NCBI GenBank assembly: GCA_963826785.1
Contig: CAWGYD010000008.1
Location: 384,001 to 448,000 of the forward strand
DNA from: an uncultured delta proteobacterium
GTDB taxonomy: Bacteria; Desulfobacterota; Desulfobacteria; Desulfobacterales; Desulfosalsimonadaceae
DNA length: 64,000 nucleotides
Reading direction: 5' to 3'
Shown: positions 22,090 to 33,663 of the stretch, piece by piece
Position numbering within the stretch: the first letter of the stretch is position 1
Layout of the letters: each line of letters begins with the position of its first letter
Notes under the pieces: model-generated
The model's database searches: none
Told to the model about the DNA's origin: nothing
The model's input: only the letters and a program-made list of their open reading frames with translations
Made by a program: the position numbers and the translations under genes

Positions 22090-25000
22090 GCCACAATGTC
22101 GGCCCGGCGGGGAGACTCGCCGGCCTGTTTATCAATTCGAAGCTGACCCCGCTGATCATCATCGCCGGCATCCTGCTGGGGCTTGCCTCGGTGATCGCCC
22201 TCCCCCGGGAGGAGGAGCCGCAGATCATCGTTCCCATGGTGGACATTTTTGTCCAGATGCCCGGCGCGAGTTCCAAAGAAGTGGAGCAGCGGGTCACCAC
22301 CCCCATGGAGAACCTGCTCTGGGAAATCCCGGGAGTGGAATATATCTATTCCACCTCAAGTCCCGGACAGTCCATGACCATCGTTCGCTTCTATGTGGGG
22401 GAAGACGAGGAAAAAGCCATTGTCCGGCTCCAGTCCAAACTGATGGCCAATTATGACCGCATCCCCTTCCTGGTCAGCCAGCCGTTGGTCAAGCCCCGGT
22501 CCATCAACGACGTACCGATTTTGGCGCTGACCTTCTGGAGCGAATCCGAGGACCATTTTACCCTGCGCCGGGTGGTGGCGGAATTGGAGCAGAGCATCAA
22601 GCGGGTGCCCGACGTCTCCATCACCCATATCATCGGCGGCCAGAAGCGGCAGGTGGAAGTCCTGCTGGATCCAGTCCGGCTGGCGGCCTACAACCTGGAT
22701 GCCGCCACCATCGAACAGATGCTATCGGCAGCCAATGCCCAGGCCCAGGCCGGCAGCTTCCCCACCACTAACGGCCAGATCCTGGTCACCGTGGGCGGAT
22801 TCCTCAAAACCGTCCAGGATGTCCGGCAGGTGGTGGTGGGCGTGCACCAGGGCCGGCCGGTCTACCTCGATGATGTGGCCGCCATTGAAGAAGGACCGGC
22901 GGAACTTGACAACTATGTCTTTTTCGGCACCGGGCCGGCTGCCGGGGAAAAGGGGATCGAACCGGATATTCCGGAACTGGGGGACTACCCGGCTGTCACC
23001 CTGAGCGTGGCCAAGCGCAAGGGAACCAACGCGGTAGCCCTTGCCGAACAGATCCTGAAGCAGGTCGAAAGCGTCCGGGGAACCATCATCCCCGAAGACA
23101 TCCATATGACCGTCACGAGAAACTACGGGGATACGGCCGAAGAAAAATCAAACGAACTGCTGTTTCACATGGTCATCGCCGTATTTTCGGTCACCCTGCT
23201 CATCTGGTTTGCCCTGGGCCACCGGGAATCGCTCATCGTGGCTTTAGCCATCCCGGTCACCCTCGCCCTGACCCTGTTTATCTTTTTTCTGCTGGGCTAT
23301 ACCCTGAACCGCATCACCCTGTTTGCGCTGATCTTCTCCATCGGCATCCTGGTGGACGATGCCATCGTGGTGGTGGAAAACATCGTCCGACACTTCCGGC
23401 TTCCCTCAAACCGGGACAAAGGAAGGTTCGCCATTGCCATCGAAGCGGTCAGCGAAGTGGGGAACCCCACCATCCTCGCCACCGGCACCGTGATTGCCGC
23501 CATCCTCCCCATGGCCTTCGTGGGCGGTCTCATGGGGCCTTACATGCGGCCCATTCCGGTGGGGGCATCGGCCGCCATGGTCTTTTCCCTGCTGGTGGCC
23601 TTTATCGTCACCCCCTGGGCCGCGGTGCGCATCCTGGGCAAACGGGATAAATCCGGGGCGCACATGGAAGGCGAGAAGGAGGACTGGACCACCCGGCTTT
23701 ACCGGCGGTTCATGAACCCGCTGATCCATGAACCCGCCAAGCGATGGGCATTTCTGATCCTGGTGGTGGTGCTGCTTCTGGGGGCCTGCGCCATGATCGG
23801 CGTGGGCCTGGTCCGGGTGAAAATGCTCCCCTTCGACAACAAGAGCGAATTCCAGGTCATCATCAACATGCCCACAAAAGCCACCCTGGAGCAGACCTCG
23901 GGACTGGCCCTGGCCATGGGCGACTATCTCCGGACCGTAAACGAGGTGGTGGACTACCAGGTGTACGTGGGGACCGCGGCACCCTTTAATTTCAACGGCC
24001 TGGTCCGGCACTACTATCTGCGCCAAAGCCCCTGGCAGGCGGAAATCAATGTCAACCTGGCGGGAAAGGGGAAACGGCAGGAGCAGAGCCACGCCATTGC
24101 CAAGCGGGTCCGACCGGACCTGAAAAAGATCGCCGACCTGTTCGGCGCCCGCATCCAGGTGACGGAGGTCCCGCCCGGCCCGCCGGTGCTCTCCACCCTG
24201 GTATCGGAAATCTACGGCCCGGATTACAATGAACAGCGCGACATTGCCCGCAAAGTGATGGACATCTACGAGAACACCGAGGGCGTGGTGGATGTGGACT
24301 GGTACATGGAATCCGATCAGCCCCGGTACTATATCGCGGCAGACCCGGTCAAGGCGGCCCTGCACGGCATCGGGGTGGACCAGATCACCCGGATCGTGAG
24401 CCTTAATCTGAAAGGAAAAGCCATCGGCCTGCTGCACGCCCCCTCTGAACGCGAGGACGTTGACATCATGCTCCGAAGCCCGCTTCCCGACCGGGCCGGG
24501 ATCGATCGGCTGTTAAACGCCTCCATCAAGGCCCCCGGCGGTCAGATGGTTCCCCTGTCCGAACTGGTGACCGTCCGGAAAGAGAACATCGACAAGAGCA
24601 TCTATCACAAGAACCTCATGGAGGTGGTCTATGTGATCGGCGATGTGGCAGGGGCAAAGGAAAGCCCGGTGTATGCCATTCTGGAGATGCGAAACAAAAT
24701 CGATGACATCGCTATCCCCGGCGGGTACCGGATCCATCAGCTCTATGCCTCCATGCCGGACACGGAGGCGTTTTATTCCATGAAGTGGGATGGCGAATGG
24801 CAGATCACCTATGAGGTCTTCCGGGACCTGGGCATTTCCTTTGCCGTGGTGCTGGTGCTGATCTTCATCCTGGTGGTGGGGTGGTTCCAGAGTTTCACCA
24901 CCCCCCTGGTGATCATGGCGGCGATCCCCTTTTCACTCATCGGCATCCTGCCCGCCCACTGGGCCCTGGGGGCGTTCTTCACCGCCACCTCCATGATCGG

Positions 25001-25313
25001 CTTCATTGCCGGCGCCGGCATCGTGGTGCGAAACTCCATCATCCTGGTGGATTTTGTGGAGCTGCGCCTGGCCGAAGGCATGCCCCTGGATGAAGCGGTG
25101 GTGGACGCGGGTGCCGTGCGGTTCAGGCCCATGATGCTGACTGCGGCCGCGGTGGTGGTGGGCGCCTCGGTGATCCTGTTCGATCCCATTTTCCAGGGTC
25201 TGGCCATCTCCCTGATGGCGGGCGAAGTCGCCTCCCTGCTCTTCTCCCGGATGACCGTCCCCATCCTCTACTACATGGACAAGCGATGGGAGCATGACCA
25301 TCTTAAAGGATAA
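22086..25313 (+). CDS. RND efflux permease (AcrB/CzcA superfamily)
   Basis: [27 protein letters not shown] and RFRPMMLT motifs; ATGA overlap with the adaptor gene. Confidence 0.93.
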   Translation: MSHNVGPAGRLAGLFINSKLTPLIIIAGILLGLASVIALPREEEPQIIVPMVDIFVQMPGASSKEVEQRVTTPMENLLWEIPGVEYIYSTSSPGQSMTIVRFYVGEDEEKAIVRLQSKLMANYDRIPFLVSQPLVKPRSINDVPILALTFWSESEDHFTLRRVVAELEQSIKRVPDVSITHIIGGQKRQVEVLLDPVRLAAYNLDAATIEQMLSAANAQAQAGSFPTTNGQILVTVGGFLKTVQDVRQVVVGVHQGRPVYLDDVAAIEEGPAELDNYVFFGTGPAAGEKGIEPDIPELGDYPAVTLSVAKRKGTNAVALAEQILKQVESVRGTIIPEDIHMTVTRNYGDTAEEKSNELLFHMVIAVFSVTLLIWFALGHRESLIVALAIPVTLALTLFIFFLLGYTLNRITLFALIFSIGILVDDAIVVVENIVRHFRLPSNRDKGRFAIAIEAVSEVGNPTILATGTVIAAILPMAFVGGLMGPYMRPIPVGASAAMVFSLLVAFIVTPWAAVRILGKRDKSGAHMEGEKEDWTTRLYRRFMNPLIHEPAKRWAFLILVVVLLLGACAMIGVGLVRVKMLPFDNKSEFQVIINMPTKATLEQTSGLALAMGDYLRTVNEVVDYQVYVGTAAPFNFNGLVRHYYLRQSPWQAEINVNLAGKGKRQEQSHAIAKRVRPDLKKIADLFGARIQVTEVPPGPPVLSTLVSEIYGPDYNEQRDIARKVMDIYENTEGVVDVDWYMESDQPRYYIAADPVKAALHGIGVDQITRIVSLNLKGKAIGLLHAPSEREDVDIMLRSPLPDRAGIDRLLNASIKAPGGQMVPLSELVTVRKENIDKSIYHKNLMEVVYVIGDVAGAKESPVYAILEMRNKIDDIAIPGGYRIHQLYASMPDTEAFYSMKWDGEWQITYEVFRDLGISFAVVLVLIFILVVGWFQSFTTPLVIMAAIPFSLIGILPAHWALGAFFTATSMIGFIAGAGIVVRNSIILVDFVELRLAEGMPLDEAVVDAGAVRFRPMMLTAAAVVVGASVILFDPIFQGLAISLMAGEVASLLFSRMTVPILYYMDKRWEHDHLKG

Positions 25314-25346
25314 CAGCCAGATGGGGGTAGATTCCTCACCGGCCCA

Positions 25347-25432
25347 ACACCCCCCTGCCCCCCTCGATGGGGGAATTTGATCGTAATTTCAAGCCCTAAT
25401 CCCCCCTTGAGGGGGGAATAAAAGGGGGGTGT
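25347..25432. repeat. REP-like double-hairpin palindromic element
   Basis: Outer ACACCCCCC/GGGGGGTGT inverted repeat encloses CCCCCCTCGATGGGGG and CCCCCCTTGAGGGGGG hairpins. Confidence 0.7.
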
Positions 25433-25536
25433 ACCGGCGGCGGCCGTTGCGATTCGAAAATTCCTGCCTGTAAAAATACCGCGCATCGGGGTACAATACT
25501 TCCAAAGAGACAAAAGGAGCCCAAGGGAAAAAGTCC

Positions 25537-26606
25537 ATGCCAAAAGTCATGATCCATCCGGCCACCTATGAGAATGCCCGCCCGGCCGTCGACCGGGCGT
25601 TTGAACTGTTTCCGCTGGAATTTACAGGCAAAAAAGTCCTGATCAAACCCAATGTGCTGCGCTCATCGCAAGCCCACGAGGGCATCGTCACCCATCCGGC
25701 GGTGCTTTCCGCGGTGGTGAAAAAAGTGGAATCACTCAATCCCGCATCCATCGTGGTGGGGGACAATCCCGGCCTGTTCAGCTACGGGGCCAACGAAGAA
25801 AGCTTTAAAACCACCGGCCTGATGGATGCGGCCGGGGATACTATCAAAACATCGGAACCGATTCGGTCAAGGTTAAATTCAACCCGGACTTTCTGCCGTC
25901 GCTGAGCATCTCCCGCATCGTTTTTGACGCCGATATCATCATCAGCCTCCCCCGATTCAAGACCCACGGCCTGACCGTGATCACCGGCGCGATCAAAAAC
26001 AGCTACGGATTCATCCCCGGCGCCCAGAAGGCCATGCTCCACAAAGCCGCCGGCAGCCCCAAACGATTCCATGAAGCCATCGTAGCGGTATTTTCCCTGA
26101 GGGTGCCCGACCTGTTCATCATGGACGCGGTGGTGGGCATGGAAGGAAACGGCCCGGCCTCCCCCGACCTTCGCGACATCGGATTGATCCTGGCGTCCGA
26201 TAACGCCGTGGCCATGGATGCCGTGGTGGCCGACATGATGGGATGCGATCCGGGCCGCATTCTTTTTCTGCAGAAGGCCAAGGCGGCGGGACTCGGAGAA
26301 TGCATGACTTCGACCGCATCGAAATCATCGGTGAGTTGCAGCGGATTCCCGATTTCAAACTCCCACCCCTGGGCGGCGAAGCCGTCATCGGAAACCGCGA
26401 TATCCAGAACCTGATGGAAAGCCGGACCCTGCTTCGCCCCCAGGCGGACCCCGGAACGCTGCACAGCCTGCGGCACCTGCGTGGACCAGTGCGCCGCCTC
26501 GGCCCTGTCCATGGAAGACGACCTGCCCGTGGTGGATGCCGACACCTGCATTTCATGCTTCTGCTGCCAGGAAGTCTGCCCCGAAAAAGCCATGGCATTG
26601 AAATAA
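25537..26606 (+). pseudogene. DUF362-domain protein with C-terminal 2[4Fe-4S] ferredoxin, three apparent frameshifts
   Basis: VLIKPN, VTHP, PRFKTH and GAIKNSYG, then CTACGTCVDQC and CISCFCCQEVCP across shifting frames; breaks at about 25835, 26300 and 26450. Confidence 0.8.
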
Positions 26607-26642
26607 GTTATCGTCAAGACACGCACATAAGGGGCGGCAAAA

Positions 26643-28652
26643 TCACCGGAAGGTGATCATGACCGTCCCGGTTTCCACCGCGTCTCCGGGCTTTACGCTG
26701 ACGGCATCGACGACTGCATCGGCGGGGGAGGCCACCGCGCTTTCCATCTTCATGGACTCGATGACCACCAGTTCCTGGCCCTTGAAGACCCGGTCTCCCG
26801 GCGCCACGCGGATCTCCACCACCAGTCCGGGCATGGGGCACTCCAGGACGTTTTCGGCCACCTTTTTGACCGGCGCCGGCATGTATCCGGCCAGCTTCCA
26901 CTCCCTGGGATTGTAGATCTCAAACGTTTTTACGATCCCGGAGAAGGCGGCCTCGATGAAGTTGCCGTTATATCTCAGGCGGAAATAGTATTCATCTCCG
27001 TTGATGGTAAGCTTCAGTCGCCTGCGGAAGAATTCCAGGGGCGGTGTGGTCACCTCATATTTTTCGTCATCCACCTGGAAGCGCCAGTCATGCTCCGAAT
27101 TTGAAACCTTTTCAAGCGCGATACGAAAAACATCCCCGTCGCCTTTGGCCACGTATTCATGCACCGTCTTATGCACATAGGCGCTGCCCACCCGGGGGCT
27201 CAGCGGCAGGAGCGAGTCCTTGACCAGATTTTCCCGCAGGTGATAAACAAGCGTTGTCGCAAGGGCGATGATCCTCAGGATCTCGGGGGACGGCGGGACG
27301 GCCGTTTCCGGATCGGACAGGTGCTGCCCGATAAAATCCGTGGAAAGATCGCCTTCGATGTAGGCGGGATGGCCGATGATGCGGTTGATAAAATCAATAT
27401 TGGTGAGGATCCCTTCGATGTGATAGGCGTTTAACGCCTGGACCATCCGCTTTCGGGCGATCTCCCGGTCTTCGCCCCAGGTGATCACCTTGGCGATCAT
27501 GGGATCGAAAAACACGCTGATGGTGCTGCCCACCGCCACCCCGCTGTCCGTCCGGATGTGGGGGCCGCGGGGGGCCGCATACCGGGTGATGAGCCCCACC
27601 GAGGGGATGAAGTTCCGGGACGTGTCCTCCGCGCTGACCCGCGCCTCCATGGCCCACCCGGACATTTGGACGGCATCCTGGGTGAAGGGGAGCGTTTCCC
27701 CGCAGGCGATCTGAAGCTGAAGTTCCACCAGATCCAGGCCCGTTACCATTTCCGTCACCGGGTGCTCCACCTGCAGGCGCGTGTTCATCTCCAGGAAATA
27801 AAATTGCCGGTCCGCGTCCATGACGAATTCGACGGTGCCCGCATTGACATATCCCGCCGTTTTCGCCAGTTCGCAGGCCAACGCCCCCATCCGGGAGCGC
27901 AGCTTCGAATCGATGGCGGTCGAGGGGGACTCCTCTATGATCTTCTGGTACCGGCGCTGGATGGAGCACTCCCGTTCTCCCAGGTGGACGACATTTCCGT
28001 GGTTATCCGCCATGACCTGGATTTCGATGTGCCGCGGATGGCGGATATAGCGCTCGATGAAAATGCTGTCATCGCCGAAGGACTTTTTGGCCTCCTGCCG
28101 GCAAAGCTTCAGGGCGGAAGGAAGCGCCTGCTCCGAATCCACCACCCGCATCCCTTTTCCGCCCCCTCCGGCAGCCGGTTTCAACAGCACGGGGTATCCG
28201 ACCTGTTGCGCGATCCGGGCCGCATCCGAATCGGATGCCACCGCCTCCATGTGCCCGGGGACCGTGGGGACCCCGGCGTTTTGCGCAAGCTTCTTGGCCG
28301 CAATCTTGTCTCCGAGCTTCTCAATGGCCGACGCCGGCGGGCCGATAAACACAAGTCCCGCATCGGCCACCATCTGCGCGAAATTCGCGTTCTCGGAAAG
28401 AAAGCCGTATCCGGGGTGAATGGCCTCGGCGCCCGTTTCAAGCGCAACCGCTATGATCTTCTCCTTGACCAGGTAAGACTCGGAAGGCCGCAGCCCGCCG
28501 AGGGCGACCGCCTCGTCCGCCCCGGTCACATGCAGGCTTTTAAAATCATTTTCCGAATAGACGGCCACAGTCGAGACGCCCATGCGCTTGCAGGTCCGGA
28601 TAATGCGCAGCGCAATTTCCCCTCGGTTTGCAATCAGAATTTTGCTGAACAT
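26643..28652 (-). CDS. pccA: Acyl-CoA (propionyl-CoA-type) carboxylase alpha subunit: biotin carboxylase plus biotin carrier
   Basis: ILIANRGEIA, HPGYGFLSEN, GGGGKGMR, EMNTRLQVEH, ESMKM biotin lysine. Confidence 0.9.
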   Translation of the reverse strand: MFSKILIANRGEIALRIIRTCKRMGVSTVAVYSENDFKSLHVTGADEAVALGGLRPSESYLVKEKIIAVALETGAEAIHPGYGFLSENANFAQMVADAGLVFIGPPASAIEKLGDKIAAKKLAQNAGVPTVPGHMEAVASDSDAARIAQQVGYPVLLKPAAGGGGKGMRVVDSEQALPSALKLCRQEAKKSFGDDSIFIERYIRHPRHIEIQVMADNHGNVVHLGERECSIQRRYQKIIEESPSTAIDSKLRSRMGALACELAKTAGYVNAGTVEFVMDADRQFYFLEMNTRLQVEHPVTEMVTGLDLVELQLQIACGETLPFTQDAVQMSGWAMEARVSAEDTSRNFIPSVGLITRYAAPRGPHIRTDSGVAVGSTISVFFDPMIAKVITWGEDREIARKRMVQALNAYHIEGILTNIDFINRIIGHPAYIEGDLSTDFIGQHLSDPETAVPPSPEILRIIALATTLVYHLRENLVKDSLLPLSPRVGSAYVHKTVHEYVAKGDGDVFRIALEKVSNSEHDWRFQVDDEKYEVTTPPLEFFRRRLKLTINGDEYYFRLRYNGNFIEAAFSGIVKTFEIYNPREWKLAGYMPAPVKKVAENVLECPMPGLVVEIRVAPGDRVFKGQELVVIESMKMESAVASPADAVVDAVSVKPGDAVETGTVMITFR

Positions 28653-28660
28653 ATATCACC

Positions 28661-30214
28661 TCAAAGTGGGATGTTGCCGTGTTTGCGATCCGGCGACTTG
28701 GCTTTCTTGCTCTCCAGAAACTGCAGCGTCCGGATCAGGCGGTGCCGGGTGTGCCGGGGAAAGATGACGTCGTCGATATAGCCGCGTTTGGCGGCCAGAA
28801 ACGGATTGAGGTACTGCTCCCGGTAGGATTCCATCTTTTCTTTCAACAGCTGTTCCGGATCGGCGGCCTTCTGGATTTCGCGCCGATAGATCACTTCGGA
28901 GGCGCCCCGGGGCCCCAGGACTGCGATTTCAGCCGTGGGCCAGGCATAGTTGATATCGCAGTGGATGTGCTTTGAATTCATGACCAGGTAAGCCCCGCCG
29001 TAGGCCTTGCGGACGATCACGGTAATTCTCGGGACGGTGGCCTCGGTAAACGCGTACAAAAGTTTGGCCCCGTGGCGGATGATCCCGCCGTGCTCCTGCT
29101 CGGGACCCGGCATGAACCCGGGGACGTCCACCAGGCAGACCAGGGGGATGTTGAAGGCATCGCAGAAGCGGACGAAGCGGGCTGCCTTGAAAGAGGCGTC
29201 ATTGTCCAAAACCCCGGCCAGAACCGCCGGCTGATTGGCCACCAGGCCGATGGCCTGGCCCCCCAGGCGCCCGAATCCGCAGATGATGTTTCTGGCAAAG
29301 AGGGGCTGGACCTCCAGAAATTCCGCGCCGTCTAAAATGCTGTGGATCAGGATGTTCATGTCATATCCCTGGTTGGGGTTTTCCGGAACCAGGTAGTCCA
29401 GTGCCGGATCGGTCCGTTCCGGCGGATCATTGAGATCGAGGAAGGGGGCCTTCTGCCGGTTGTTTGACGGCAGGTAGTTGATCAGGCGGCGCACCGCCCG
29501 CAGGCAGAGGATGTCGTTGGGGTACATGAAATGGGCCACCCCGCTCTTGGACGCGTGAACGTCCGCGCCGCCCAGGTCTTCGGCCGAAATTTCCTTGTGG
29601 ATCACCGTTTTGACCACATTGGGGCCGGTGACGAACATGTAGGCGGTGTCGGCCACCATGAAGGTGAAATCGGTGATGGAAGGGCTGTAGACGGCCCCGC
29701 CGGCACACGGTCCCATGATGCAGGAAATCTGGGGGATCACCCCACTGGCGCTGACGTTGCGGTGAAAGATCTCGCCGTAGGCCGCAAGCGCGTCCACCCC
29801 CTCCTGGATCCGGGCGCCGCCGGAATCGTTTAGCCCGATAATGGGCGATCCCACGCTATAGGCCAGGTCCATCACCTTGCAGATCTTCTGGGAGTGGCCT
29901 TCCCCCAGCGACCCCCCGATGACCGTGAAATCCTGGGAAAAGACAAATACCTCCCGGCCGTTGATCCGGCCATGGCCCGTGATCACCCCGTCCCCCGGGT
30001 AGGTTTCACCGTTTCCGGAAAACTCTCCCCGGCCGACCTTGAGCATGTCGATCTCTTCGAAAGTTCCCTCGTCGAGCAGAAGATCGATGCGTTCCCGCGC
30101 CGAAAGCTTCCCTTTCCCGTGCTGAACCTCGACCCGTGATTTTCCACCCCCCTGGAGGGCTTCGTCTCTCAATTCAGCCAGCTCCAGTATATTGCTGTGC
30201 ATGATGTCAACCAT
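28661..30214 (-). CDS. pccB: Acyl-CoA carboxylase beta (carboxyltransferase) subunit
   Basis: GKLSARER, DSGGARIQEG, GPCAGGAVYSP, DVPGFMPG, C-terminal KHGNIPL. Confidence 0.92.
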   Translation of the reverse strand: MVDIMHSNILELAELRDEALQGGGKSRVEVQHGKGKLSARERIDLLLDEGTFEEIDMLKVGRGEFSGNGETYPGDGVITGHGRINGREVFVFSQDFTVIGGSLGEGHSQKICKVMDLAYSVGSPIIGLNDSGGARIQEGVDALAAYGEIFHRNVSASGVIPQISCIMGPCAGGAVYSPSITDFTFMVADTAYMFVTGPNVVKTVIHKEISAEDLGGADVHASKSGVAHFMYPNDILCLRAVRRLINYLPSNNRQKAPFLDLNDPPERTDPALDYLVPENPNQGYDMNILIHSILDGAEFLEVQPLFARNIICGFGRLGGQAIGLVANQPAVLAGVLDNDASFKAARFVRFCDAFNIPLVCLVDVPGFMPGPEQEHGGIIRHGAKLLYAFTEATVPRITVIVRKAYGGAYLVMNSKHIHCDINYAWPTAEIAVLGPRGASEVIYRREIQKAADPEQLLKEKMESYREQYLNPFLAAKRGYIDDVIFPRHTRHRLIRTLQFLESKKAKSPDRKHGNIPL

Positions 30215-30589
30215 ATCAACCCCTTACAGCCAAGATGTGTTTCGGCATTATAAATTTTCATTTTGGTCTTGTTATGCGCGCCGGATACAGGACTAATTAT
30301 AATTTCTATTTCCGAAAACTCCAATAAAATAGAGAAAAATGATTTGATAATGAATGCCGTTTCCGCCTGATATGCTTTCGAATTAATTATTCCGACTTGA
30401 CATATCGGCAATTCCTATGATTAAGTCTTTGAGGGGGAGAACAGCTTCAATTTATATTCGATTTACTTCAAAGTTTGCACGACAAGATGAATTGGGTTTA
30501 CGGGTTACCAAAAACAGCGTGTTCATGGTGACCGCTTGAGCGCATATTCATGTTCCTGTAACGCTCACCCCGGGGAATAGGGTTCGGCC

Positions 30590-32878
30590 ATGCATATCGA
30601 ACCTCATATTCTAGCCTCCTGCGGCTCGTTTTCCGTTGCCGTGATCGCCCTTCTGTTTGCCTTGCTGCAGGCCTGGCTTTATGCCGTCCGCCGTGAACAT
30701 GTATGGCATTTCTGGGGAATGCTGCTTTCCCTTTCCACCATGATATTCGCTTTCGGCGTGTTCCTGCAGTTTTACGGGCAACCCGATGAAATGAACCGCG
30801 TGGCGGATAAGCTCCAGATCACCGGCATTATTCTCCTGGCCTATTTTGCCCTGTGGTTCACCTATTCTTTTCTGGGGCTTTCGACCCGGACCATTTACCA
30901 GTGGCTCGGGGCCGTTTTTCACATCCTGCTCATCGTGCTTGTCTGGAAAACCCGGCTGATTATCAGCGATCAGTTTGTCTACCGTGATTTTCTTTTTCTT
31001 TCCAAGCCCTATATCGAGCCACGGCTGGGCTGGCTCGGCATCCTCGTGTTCACCTATGTCGGCATTGCAGTTTCGGCAGTGATGGTGATCCTTCTTCAAA
31101 ATTTGAATACCCATCAGGGCGAATCTAAAAACCTGTCCCTGTACTTTGCAGGATTCATCTTCTGGCTGTCGCTGGGGGTGCATGATATTCTTGTGACCCT
31201 GTTTAATCTGAAATCGATTCTGTTCTTGATGGAGTACGGGTTCCTGGCATTTTCCATCGCAGTGGTCGTCGTCGTTTTGAAAACCAACATCGATCTTTCT
31301 GCGCTCGCCGAACAGCGGGCCCAGAATCTCGTCCGTGAAAAGGAGCGGTATGAGGCCCTCTCCGAGGTGATTTTCGATTATGCCTTTGCTTTCCGGGTGG
31401 AACCCGACGGCCGTTTCATTCCGGACTGGACCGTCGGCCCCATAGAACGCATGACCGGTTTTACCGCCAGAGAACTGTCCGATTTTAAAACGCTTAGAAC
31501 GTTTATTCATGCCGAGGACCGCCCCGTCGTAAAGCAGCATATGCTCCGGCTGCTGGAAGGGAATTCGGAAACCGTTGAATTCCGTATCCGGACGAAAAGA
31601 GGGCAGACCCGGTGGATGCGCAACCACGGGCGTTCAATTTACGATCACCAGCAGCAAAGGACCACCTATATCTATGGGGCCATGCAGGATATCACAGAAA
31701 AAAAAGAAGCTGAAAAGGCGCTCCGGGAAAACGAAAGAAAATACCGGCTCCTGGTTGAAAACGCCAACGACGCCATCATTATTCTGCAGAACGGACGGGT
31801 TCTTTTCCCAAATCCCCGCGCCCTTGCCATCACCGGCTATTCTCTGGAGGAGTTGACGAAGATAGACATCGAAGATCTGCTGCATCCGGAAGACAAGGAA
31901 ATGGTCATCGAAAAGTACGAGGAAAGCCTGTCCGGTCAAGAAATCGAGCGGCCCTATACCTTTCGCCTGGTGACCCGGCAGAGACAGATCCGCATTGTTC
32001 AGATCAATACCGTTCATATCAGTTGGGAAAACCAGCCCGCAACCCTGAACTTCGTCCGGGATGTCACTGTGGAGAAAAAGCTTGAAGAACAGCTTCAGCA
32101 ACGGAAAAAATTTGAGGCCATCGGCATCCTGGCCGGCGGTTTGTCCCATGACATCAACAATGCCATGACGGGCATTCTGGGCAATCTGGAACTGCTCAAA
32201 TATAAATTCGACAGGGACCAGCTGGACGAAGTCAACATGGACCGCTACTTAAGTCAAATTATGACTTCGGCCCATCGGGTTACGGATAAATGCCAGAAGC
32301 TTCTGGCATATTCCCGAAAGGGAAGCTGCATCCCCCAGCCGGTCGACATCAATGATATCATTGTCCAGACGGTAGAGGCCATCCCCGAAACCGACCGGTC
32401 CCGCATCCGGTTTCACACGGAACTGGCGGATGCGCTTTTCGTCGTGTGCGCCGATGCCGACCAGATGAAACTGGTTATCAGCGCAATCGTGCAAAATGCG
32501 ATGGAAAGCATCCGGGACACGGGGGAAATTAAAATATCAACCGACTTCACGGCGGTCAACGCCGATTCAAACAAAGCGCTTCGCCCGGGTGTGTACGCCG
32601 TCATTTCGGTCGTGGACTCCGGGGCGGGAATGGATGAAGAGATCAAATCCAGAGTTTTCGACCCGTTCTTTACCACGAAATTCCATGGCCGGGGAATGAG
32701 TCTCGCCGCTGTTTACGGCATCCTGAAGAGCCACCGGGGTATTATTCAAATCGATTCAAAACCGCAAAAGGGGACCGCCGTCCGGATTTATATTCCGGCG
32801 GAGCCATCATCGGCCGGCAACAACATCGATTTGAAAACCGAATCATTGCTGGCTGCCGGCGGCAGGGCAGAATTGTAA
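30590..32878 (+). CDS. Sensor histidine kinase with 7TM N-terminus and two PAS domains
   Basis: About 7 hydrophobic helices; PAS/PAC; LAGGLSHDINN H-box; DSGAGM and FDPFFTTKFHGRGMSL. Confidence 0.88.
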   Translation: MHIEPHILASCGSFSVAVIALLFALLQAWLYAVRREHVWHFWGMLLSLSTMIFAFGVFLQFYGQPDEMNRVADKLQITGIILLAYFALWFTYSFLGLSTRTIYQWLGAVFHILLIVLVWKTRLIISDQFVYRDFLFLSKPYIEPRLGWLGILVFTYVGIAVSAVMVILLQNLNTHQGESKNLSLYFAGFIFWLSLGVHDILVTLFNLKSILFLMEYGFLAFSIAVVVVVLKTNIDLSALAEQRAQNLVREKERYEALSEVIFDYAFAFRVEPDGRFIPDWTVGPIERMTGFTARELSDFKTLRTFIHAEDRPVVKQHMLRLLEGNSETVEFRIRTKRGQTRWMRNHGRSIYDHQQQRTTYIYGAMQDITEKKEAEKALRENERKYRLLVENANDAIIILQNGRVLFPNPRALAITGYSLEELTKIDIEDLLHPEDKEMVIEKYEESLSGQEIERPYTFRLVTRQRQIRIVQINTVHISWENQPATLNFVRDVTVEKKLEEQLQQRKKFEAIGILAGGLSHDINNAMTGILGNLELLKYKFDRDQLDEVNMDRYLSQIMTSAHRVTDKCQKLLAYSRKGSCIPQPVDINDIIVQTVEAIPETDRSRIRFHTELADALFVVCADADQMKLVISAIVQNAMESIRDTGEIKISTDFTAVNADSNKALRPGVYAVISVVDSGAGMDEEIKSRVFDPFFTTKFHGRGMSLAAVYGILKSHRGIIQIDSKPQKGTAVRIYIPAEPSSAGNNIDLKTESLLAAGGRAEL

Positions 32879-33180
32879 GTCCGTGGGGTTGAGTCGGAGC
32901 AGTTTGTTTATGTATAATCACAGTTGTCTCGTCGAAAAGAATTGTTTACCCGTAAAACATTTGATATATTCCAAGCGATTCACATCGCGTAATGCCAAGT
33001 TGCCATTTCATTTGATTATTGCTCTTTGAAACGCATCAGGACCTCAAGTTTCCCGCCCCCGTTTCACATTGTCGGATGAATCGAACCTGTCTTCCCGACG
33101 AAAACTAATTCGCTGTCTATGAAGTAAGAGTTTTTTCCCGTTACGACGCTCTCATTTATAATCAAGAAAGGTTTCATGCC

Positions 33181-33618
33181 ATGAAAAGGATCCATTTGAT
33201 TGTTTCTGTCGTCCTCTCATTTTCCTTGATATTTATCACCCTGGGCTGCAGCAAACCCAAGGAAGCCAAAATCGAGCTGTCCAGCCATGAGTTTTATATC
33301 AAAAAGATAAGTGATAATTCATACTCGGTCTACGCCCGGGGAAAAATCAAAAATACCGGAGAAGTCGATGTCAAAAAAGTGGTGGTGACCGCCTACTGCC
33401 GGTCCTGCTCCAATGAACTGATTCCCGGTAAATGGACGGTCTCGGAAAGAGAAAGGGCGCCTGTTGAAATGGATGTGATCAATTATCTGGTGGCCGGCGG
33501 AGAGGCGGATTTTAATTTTGCGGATGTGGCGGTGATTTATAATACCGTCCCCGAACAGCCGGAAAAAATGCCCGATAACATGGAGGTGGTGATCCAATCC
33601 TACGATATCGTCAGTTAG
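33181..33618 (+). CDS. Hypothetical lipoprotein with a CxxC motif
   Basis: Signal peptide with lipobox TLGC; GKIKNTG beta-rich segment; CRSC. Confidence 0.7.
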   Translation: MKRIHLIVSVVLSFSLIFITLGCSKPKEAKIELSSHEFYIKKISDNSYSVYARGKIKNTGEVDVKKVVVTAYCRSCSNELIPGKWTVSERERAPVEMDVINYLVAGGEADFNFADVAVIYNTVPEQPEKMPDNMEVVIQSYDIVS

Positions 33619-33663
33619 CTCCATTCAGTGGATGTGGCATCTTGCCGGTGGACACCGCAATTT

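Noticed and set aside
25830..26455. Programmed frameshifting or phase variation in the DUF362 gene
   Set aside because: The runs are only 4 nt, there is no slippery heptamer, and three separate shifts would be needed
27558..28781. 407-aa plus-strand ORF
   Set aside because: Antisense shadow of the carboxylase alpha subunit
32929..33101. 6S RNA assignment
   Set aside because: The size is similar, but the loops are too asymmetric and no 6S consensus was recognised; kept only as an unassigned candidate
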